The notes beneath the pieces were generated by a model. That model saw only the letters and a program-made list of their open reading frames with translations, did no database searches and had not been told where the DNA came from. From the NCBI GenBank assembly GCA_003485765.1, contig DNHS01000011.1, forward strand, positions 9,929-73,928: DNA of 64,000 nt. Direction: 5' to 3'. Shown in pieces: positions 53,301 to 62,300 of this stretch (the first letter of the stretch is position 1; the number at the start of each line of letters is the position of its first letter). This stretch comes from Candidatus Omnitrophota bacterium. GTDB taxonomy: Bacteria > Omnitrophota > Gorgyraeia > Gorgyraeales > Gorgyraeaceae. Position numbers and translations under genes: made by a program.

Positions 53301-56300
53301 AAGAAGGTTTTAGAGGCGCTTGGTATTGAGATTTCAAAGATAGAAAAAATTATCATTACCCACGCAGATATGGACCACGCTGGTGGAGCGCTTAACCTTG
53401 CAAGAGAATCTGAAAAACCTGTATATGTTCACAGAGATTTTCAAAAAATCCTAAAGAGCAGATTTCATTACAAAGCTAATAATCAAGATGAACATTTATT
53501 AGATTATCTTTGCACAATGGTATTTAAGATAATGAGCGATTTTAGAGAGCCAGATGGAATTAAAAATATCTTTTATTATAAAGAAAGCTCAGTATCAAGA
53601 GAATTTGGAGGTTTAGGATTTAATATGCTGGCCGAAGAAGGATTTGGAGATACTAAGATTCTGGTTTTAGAGGCAGGGGGCCATACGCAGGATGGCATAA
53701 TTATTATGCTTACTGATAATAAATATAACCCGCTGGGGATAATAAGCGGAGATGTGTGTATACCCAAAACGATTAAACCTGAACAGGCGCGGTTTGTATT
53801 TACTTTACAAAGATTATCAGGACAGCTTAATTTGGATGAAGGTACACTAAAGAAAACAGAAGAAGCGCTTTTAAGCGTAGAAGGTATCCGCATCTGGCCT
53901 GGCCACGGGAAAAGTTATATGACAGGAAAAAGAATCGACAGGGATTTATCTGATGCTGCACGGATGCCATTGTTGCAACCGTTTTATGATAGATTTGGCT
54001 CAGGATGGGTCGGACAGGCGTTAATGCCGACTCTTATAGAATCTGTATTAGGAGGAATACTTTTTACAACAATCATTAATTTGCTTGGGACATTTATCTT
54101 TGGCATACCGTTTTCTTTCGGCCCGCCGTCTCAAGAGATACTATTTGGTTTTTTCCTGCTATTTCATTTGCTTCATCTGCCGGGAGCGCTCGCAGAAGTG
54201 CCTGGCGCTACAAACCTCCAACAGCTCAAATTCGCATTCTCCGGTGGAAAACTCCTCACAACATTACCTGCCTTTATCCTGGTCGCATTAGGTCTGCTTG
54301 ATCCGATGAGCGGGCTTATCCTTCATACCATACTTCATTTTGTTGAGAATATTTTTTGGAGGGATATAAATAAGCATTACAGAATTGTATCCAGGGATTT
54401 AAATTCTTCCTGGGGACGGAATTTGATAGAAAAACAGTATGAATCAATGGAGATAAATTCGAGTCTATATCAGCTATTCTTTATATTAATTTTGCCGTTT
54501 TACGCGCTTAAAAAACTATTACAGCATGTATCTGTCGCAACTATAGAAGGGATTAAAGAGGCGTGTGGTCAGTTAAGTAAAGGTTACAGCGAAGCTGGAA
54601 AAAAGCTGCCACAGGGTTTTAGTTATCTTGATGAGCTGGAAAAAGACGATATAATTGCTACCATAAAACTGGTAAATCCGGAGGTGATTACGCCGCACGA
54701 AAAGGCCGCTGACGCAAGCGAATTATATAAAGTTATTGCAGCTACAGGCATATTCTCATGGCCAAGGGTTCTTATATTTTCCCAGATAAAATATGATAAA
54801 AAAGAAGACAGGTTTGTGAAATTAGACGACAGTTTATTGCTTGATTTTATTATGGATACGCCGGTCCCTAAATTTATTATAGCAGAATTTTTTATACGAA
54901 ATTTTATAACACCATTTCTTTTATTTGCGTTAAATTCCCGCTTTAGCGCAGTTTTTGTAAGAAGGTCTATTCTACATTCAGGTTTCTTCTCGTGGCCCAT
55001 AATAGTTGCCAAGGCGCCCACGGGCAGTCTGTATGAATATGTGATAGTAGATGGGACCAATCGCTGGAATGTGGCAAGGATATTGGGATTAGAATTGGTG
55101 CCTGTGCAGGTTGTTGATTATGAGGCAGAAGAACCGGCTACAGGAAAAAAATTAATCAAGATTGGGCGATGGGACATGCTTGCAAGGATTAAACCGTCGG
55201 ACTGGGAAGAATTTAAGGTTTTTTGTAAAAGCGAAAGAATTGGTTTATTTGAGATGACGGACCTTAATCAGAGTATTGGAGAATTTAATGGAGCGCCATT
55301 TGCAAGGTTCTGCTATGTGGATGAAAATGACAAGATCGCTTGGTATGCATTAGGAGACCCGGGGGATAGAAGTATAATTAATAGCGGTTCCCATGGTTTT
55401 AAAAAGGCGTTTAATTTGGTGTACGATTATATGCTGGCTAAATGGATTCATGAGGGCATTGCCAGAGACAAAATACCCAATGCTCACGAACTTGACATTT
55501 CAAAAATGCAAAAAGGAGATCTCCTAATCTTGCGGCCTATGTTGACAAAAGAGGAGATACTTGCTTCCGCAAATACAGGAGCGTGGATAGGAGTTAAGAC
55601 AGAGCGTCATGTATTGGATGGGCTTATCGGCAGGGTAGTTGGAGGGGTTGCAGTGCCGCTAACCACCCTTATGGGATTAGATGGAAGTCCAGATGAGGTT
55701 AATATGAAATTACATAATGACCTTGCCAATGCAAGATGGGTAAGATTTCATAAAGATTCATGGCTGGATAGATTTTACGGCGAAAGTACCCTTGCTCCAG
55801 AATTTCCTTTTGGTATAAAGACCAGTCTGATATTTAAGGATGTTTCCAATGGCTTTGTTCTTCAGTTTAAAGGGTATAGGGATATAGGCAGGCTTATTTT
55901 CAATCTCCGGAATTTCTTTAAACTACCATGGTTAGCTGCAGCGCTAAGCTCTTTTGCTATAGTGCCGTTTGATAATCTTAACCCTTCAATTTTACTTGAT
56001 AGTTCTACAATAGAAAGTTTATTCAGTATAAATATTATCTTTGTATTTTTAGGCATATTCGCATTAATTATTTTAACCCTCACCCCTCTTAACCCTATTG
56101 CCGGGATAGGGCTTTACAGGCTCCTTCAGGCGCCTTACAAAATTGCTCCACAAAAGTTTACCACAACATTAAGCAGAAAACAGTGGGAAGATTTTCGCAA
56201 TCCCCACTGGATTTATTCTATTTCTAACATCTTTCCTTCTGGAGTGAAAATGCTGGCAGAGAGATTTCTTTGGACTACCTTTGTTCAACAACAGGTGATA

Positions 56301-59300
56301 AGGCTTATACTGGATGAATTTAGGCCAGAAGCAACCGCTCAATCCCATTTTTTTGGCAGGCTATACAGCAATCTTATAATAAATTCGATTAAACTATTAC
56401 GCCCGAAACTTTTAGCTCTGAACATGATTTCTATTTTAGCAGTAATGCTTTTTTCGCCTTCCGGGGCTCTATTTATTCTTAGTATAACTGTGACAGTTAT
56501 TGCAAGTATTATTATGTTTGTCTATGGAGAGCATTTGCGGGCAAGAATTGTAAGGCGCGGTTTTGAGGTAGGCCAATACGCCCATCTTAAAGAGAATTTA
56601 CCCTCTGACAGAGAAATGCCTTTATTTCATAAGGCTTTTGATTTTCTCATTGAGAAGTCTAATGTCTCTATACAAAAACCAGGATTTTTCCGCGACAGCG
56701 GAGACCTTGCTATTTTTCATGTAATGAATGTAGCTGAAAGATTTGCAGGCAGGGTTAAATCTATGAAGCAAAGATATCCTGATCTAAACTGGATATTACC
56801 CGGAAACCTTTCTGGTAAAGATAAAGGTTCTAATTTTGAAGATGAACTTTTTGCCGCAAGCATGTTGCATGACATAATTGAATCTAAACAGGCCACCTTA
56901 GATGAAATTGAGCAGAGATTTGGCAGAAGAGTCCGTTATTATGTACAATTACTGACCAAAGATGATGTGGATGAAAGCCTTCCTCCTGAAGAATTGGAGC
57001 GCGAGGAGGCAAAACGCGATAGAAAATATCTTGAAGGCTTGTATAGCGGAATACATAAGACTCCCCAAAAAGATAAACCCTGGGGATTACCCTGTCTGCT
57101 GATAAAACTTGAAGATAGAATGAGCAATATTGAGACGATAGACGCTTTTAAAGATGAACAAGGAAAGTCCAGCATAGAACGTCAGATAGAATATCTTAAT
57201 GAAACAGTTTCTCTAATGCTTTTTGGCCATTTTGCATATTTATCTATATGTAAAGATGACGGGAGTTTGGAAAAAGCTCTTTTAGATGATGTTTTAAATA
57301 ATCTTAAAGAAAAATTATATGAGAATTATAGGCGTCTTGAGACCTGCGGATTGTCCCAGGAAGAGCTTAAGAAGTTAGCTTTTATAAAAGAAAGACTGGA
57401 AGCAATCGAAAGACTTGCGGAGTTTCACGGGGATATTTTTAAAATAGGTTCTATTTCTATTCCGCTGACATTGGATTATGTTTTATTGGCTGAAGCAAAT
57501 TTTCGTTATTTAAATAAAGAGGACGCTAATAAGAGAAGGCAAAAAGAATTAGCAGTAGGAAATATATTAGAAGCATACAGATTAGCTGGTGTATCTATTT
57601 TGCATGAAGCAAGAGCAAACTGGCCATTACTTGAGGCAGTCGCTATCTTTGATGAGGCTATTACCTGTCAGGCGCAATTAGGTAAAGAAGATTTAAATAA
57701 TGCTCAGGAAATCTTTGCTAAGATAGCTATGCTTATGGAGCCAAGTGGATTTGAAACCCAGTATAAGAATATATTTATAAATAAACGCCCGCAGGAAGAA
57801 GGCCTGAGGTATTTTGTTTTAATAAATCAGCCCTTTGGAAGAGAAAGAGCAATTCTTGCAGTATCTACTCTGCTTCCTGTTGAGGATAGAGACGTTAAGA
57901 AAGCGCTTAGAAGAAATTTAAGAGCTTCTGCAGGATTAAGAGATGTGGAAACGCCTAAAGCAAAAGTTGACAAGATAAGGTCTTATTTAAAGAAGGTATT
58001 AAATTTATTAGAGATATGTGACGAGAATATAGAAAAAACTGTTGATAATGTTTTTAATCATATGAGTTCATTTACTGCAGAAAGAAGACAAGCTTCTCTT
58101 ATGAAATTGTCATGGCTATGCAAGGCATGGGGTGAAATGTCTGATTTAAGAATAGCTAAGCTGCAGGCAGCTATTCTTTTAGGCAATCCACTTCTACATA
58201 GCGCAATATTTTCTAAACAGCAATTACCTGAAGAAGATTTAGAAATAGTAAAAGAGATAGAAGAATATGCCGCTTCCTATTATCGAGGCGGATTTAAAGA
58301 ACTTATGCGGCAAGTATTCCGCAGGTATTTTAGCAGGACTTTAGTAAATGATGAACTAAAAAGCCAGTATAATGAGCTTCTGGCTTTGGCAGGAGATGAT
58401 AAATTCTGGGATTTATTATGGGAGTGTTCTGAGAAAGAAGATTTAACGCCTCCTGACCTTAACCTTCTTTCTGTATGTATTAATGACTGTTTTTCAAATC
58501 TACCCATTGCTACATCAGCGCAAAGAAAAGAGGTTTTTGAAATTATCTCCTGGGCGAAGATGGAGGGATTTTTAAATGAAGCAGTAGGGTTGCTTAGCGA
58601 GAAAGGGATTCCTCGCAAGGGAGATATCCGTCATCCCTTGCTTGTTTTACTCCTTTCTTATTTACAAAATCCAACAGAAGAAAGAAAAGCATTGTTAATT
58701 GGAGTATTAAAAGAACTGGCGCAGCCTGAAACGCATATTAAAGTATCAGAGGTTGAAACAATGTTTAAGACCGATTTAGCTCCACTAATTTCTCTGGCTG
58801 AAGAAAATGAGACTATTGGCAAAGCTTTAAAAATTGCCCATAAGGCTTATAATGGTCGTTTCTTCTTAGGTGGCGCACAAAGATATATTGACCATGCTAT
58901 GCTTTATGCTGCACATGTCCTAAAACTAGCTAAAGAACTTGATTTACCATTATCTATTCAGGAGAACCTTATCTGCGCTGCTCTACTGCATGGTTTAGAG
59001 CAGGATATAGATGGCATAAAAACATATTTGATTAGTGAAGGAGAACTTGATAAAACCGCGGCAGAACATATTGCCAAACTTGCAACAAAGGTAAGAGACG
59101 TTACAAAGATACCTTATTTTCCACCGGAATCAGGGACCTATTTTATCTATAACCATATGAATCTTATAATACAAGAGGCAGCTTCGCCAGAGGTTATGCT
59201 TCTGGCATTCTGCGACCGCTTAGCCAGTATCTCAGTCGTAGGAAATATTCCTTCCAATCTCAAACAATATGCTGACTATGTGATTAGAGAAGCAAAACAA

Positions 59301-62300
59301 ATCTATATTCCCCTTGCTGAAAGGTTAGGATTATCCAGCGTGGCAGGTGAACTAAGAGAGAGGATATTTTTCTTGGAACAAAGAGATGTATATTTAGCTA
59401 CAAGAGAGCGGCTATTAAAATATGAAATGTTTGGCAGGGGAATGGATTATGAGGAAGCTAAGAGAAGATGGGAGGAAGATGAAAGATTGCAACTTGAAAA
59501 TGAGTTGAAAAATTTAGAAACCAGAGTTCCTGGGCTTATAATCGAGACGCTCAGCCTAAGAACAAAAAATATTTATTCTATCAGGGAGAAAACACAGCGA
59601 AAACCAGACGAATATCCTGGCCCAGAGTCTGAAAGGGATATATTTGGAATAAAGATTTTGATTAATTCGAGAGATTATCTTGCTAGGGTATTAGAATTTC
59701 TCTCAAACCGCTATGGTGTAAAGACAGTGGGAGCAGAGGAAAAGCATAGACTATATAAAGTTTATCATCTTAATCTTCAGGATGAGCAGGGTAGATATAT
59801 AGAAATCCAGATATTCTGGGATAAAGCTGAGTATTTGAAAGAAAGAACAGGTGAGTACGCTCACTGGGTAAAGAAAGCAAGTGAAGAAACCGGGGAAAAA
59901 TTTTCTCCTGACAAAGTTGAAAATGATATGGGAAAACTTGTCCCTATTGAACTGACAGGAGATTTCTTTGAAGATTTTAACGCTATCCATGGTTCCCCGG
60001 TTATAAGAAACTGGGTTTACGTAGTTTACCATCCGGATGGCAGAGCCTTAAGGCTAAAGAGAGGCGCTACAAGCGCTGATTTTGCTTCTCTGCCCCGCAT
60101 CGATCGTTTTGATGCCAATTTTAGCGGAATAACTATCGCAAAAACCAGCTTGGATTTAATATCTCCACGTGAAATACAGGATGAAGAGGAACAGGCACTT
60201 CTTATTTATCATGATATGATAAGCGTCGCTATACGTGAGCATCTTGAGAGAGGTTTAAATAATGAAATATCTCCTGGAGCTGAAATTTTGTCTTTTAAGA
60301 AGAAAAATGAATATCTTTTAGGTAGCGAAGGTGAAAAACGTAAAGCAGAAATCGAAAGAACAGCAAAACATCTTCGCACAATTCTTTTGCTTAGGCTACT
60401 TTCATTGAGCAAACCTGCAGAATTTCGGGCTGAAAAAATAGAAAGAGGCAAGAAAGCGCTGGCGCGGACTTTAGGTATTGATATTAAAAGAGATTTTCAG
60501 ATGCGTACTTTTCTAAGGCCGCTTGTTTATCAATATGACTTGGCTGATGCGGATGAATTATATATTTGCCTTGCCTTGGCAGAAGAAGGAGATAGGGCAA
60601 TAAAAGAAAGATTATTTGATTTATCAGATATCAGGGAGATGGCAAAAAATATCGGGCAGGAAATATTAGAGAAGGAAAAGATTCAATTAATGGATAAGGA
60701 TTTAACCAACTTTAATTTTGAATCAAAAGAGCAACTCTATATTGCCCTGGCTACAGGGCAGATTGAGACATCTGAAATCATCAAGCGTAGAACTTCTAAT
60801 AAGGATCTTTTTGTTAAGAATATGTTTGAGAAACAAATTTCATTCGATTGGGCTGCTTTTCGTAGAGGTGAAGATACGTCATTAAAGATCTTAGCCGGAG
60901 CATTTATAGATACAGAACAATATGTCCTTTTATATGATTTAAAGATAATCAAAGGCAAGCATATTATTATCAAGAATGCAAATATTTCTAATCCGCGCGA
61001 TTTTGTTTTATTGGAGTTAGTTATAGGGATGCTTAAAGACCATGGCGCTAAGGTTACAGTATCAGGGCTGCAACTTGCATATTTAGATACTCCAGAAGGT
61101 AGGCTTCATACTGTTATTCTTAAAGGCATTATAGAAAGATTAAGCAAAGGCACGCATGATTTTAAAAAGGCATCTAAAACGCGGCGTATTACACCTAAAC
61201 CAGATCAGATATTATGTCTTGGCGCGCAAAAACAGGGTTTGGCGCAGACACTTGCAGAAAAGTTTAATATAGGATATGCAGAAGTATCAGTAACCCCATC
61301 TGCTGATGAATGGCCACTCGTAACACTCCCTGAGTTACAAAAAAATCTAAAGCATGTTATGCTTGTGGCTGATAGCGCTACTGATGAAGATGTTTTGAAG
61401 ATTCAGTTGACAGTTGCGCTGCTTAAAGCTAAAGGGGTAAAAGAGGTTATTATAGTAGATCCATATATCAGGTATTCCCGCCAGCATCATTTTGAGGTAA
61501 ATAAAATAGGCCAGGCAGGCAGTAATAGTTTCAAGACATTCTTGGATATTCTTGATGGTTTTTCTGGTGGAGATTTTAGAGTCAGCGCGCTCTTTGGCGC
61601 AAATATCCATGCAGTGAAATATGATGATAAGACTGGGGATAGAATATTGGCAGTAGGAGGATATACTGGGGGCATTGATGTTATAGATATAGATGTTTTA
61701 CCTGAAGTTGCCAAATATTTTGTCCAGAAATTTAACTTAGGGCCTAAAAAACTATTTGTGATGGCAACAGATAAAGGTTCTAATTTCTATGCGCAGAATG
61801 TTGTTAACTTTTTGAGAACATTAGGATTAGATGTGGAATTTGTATATGTGAAAAAAATACGTATAAGCGAGACAAAAGTTATATTTGAAAAGCAGATATT
61901 TAGAAAAATCCAAGGAGAAGAAGCAGAAATTGATTTGGATGAATTGAAAGAAGCTGATGTTTTAGTCACAGATGATGAGCTTCGCACTGGAGGCACGCTG
62001 CGTGAATTATGCGATTTGTTAATGAAAGATTTAGAAATTGGCAGGGTCTTTGTGGGCTTTACGCATGCTATATTCTCAAAAGGCCCTGAAGCTTCCAGAG
62101 ATATGTTTAACGATCTCTTGGAACAAGGCAGAATGGCAGCTTCGAATTCTGTCATCTCTGTTACTGAGCGTAATGAAGTCTTGCCTGAAAAGATAAATGT
62201 TGATAGATATATTGTAGACAGTATTTATAGTCATATAGGATCGAATAGCTCTGCAAACAATTTAAAGCAATTAACCCATCACATTATCCCATCCGAACTT

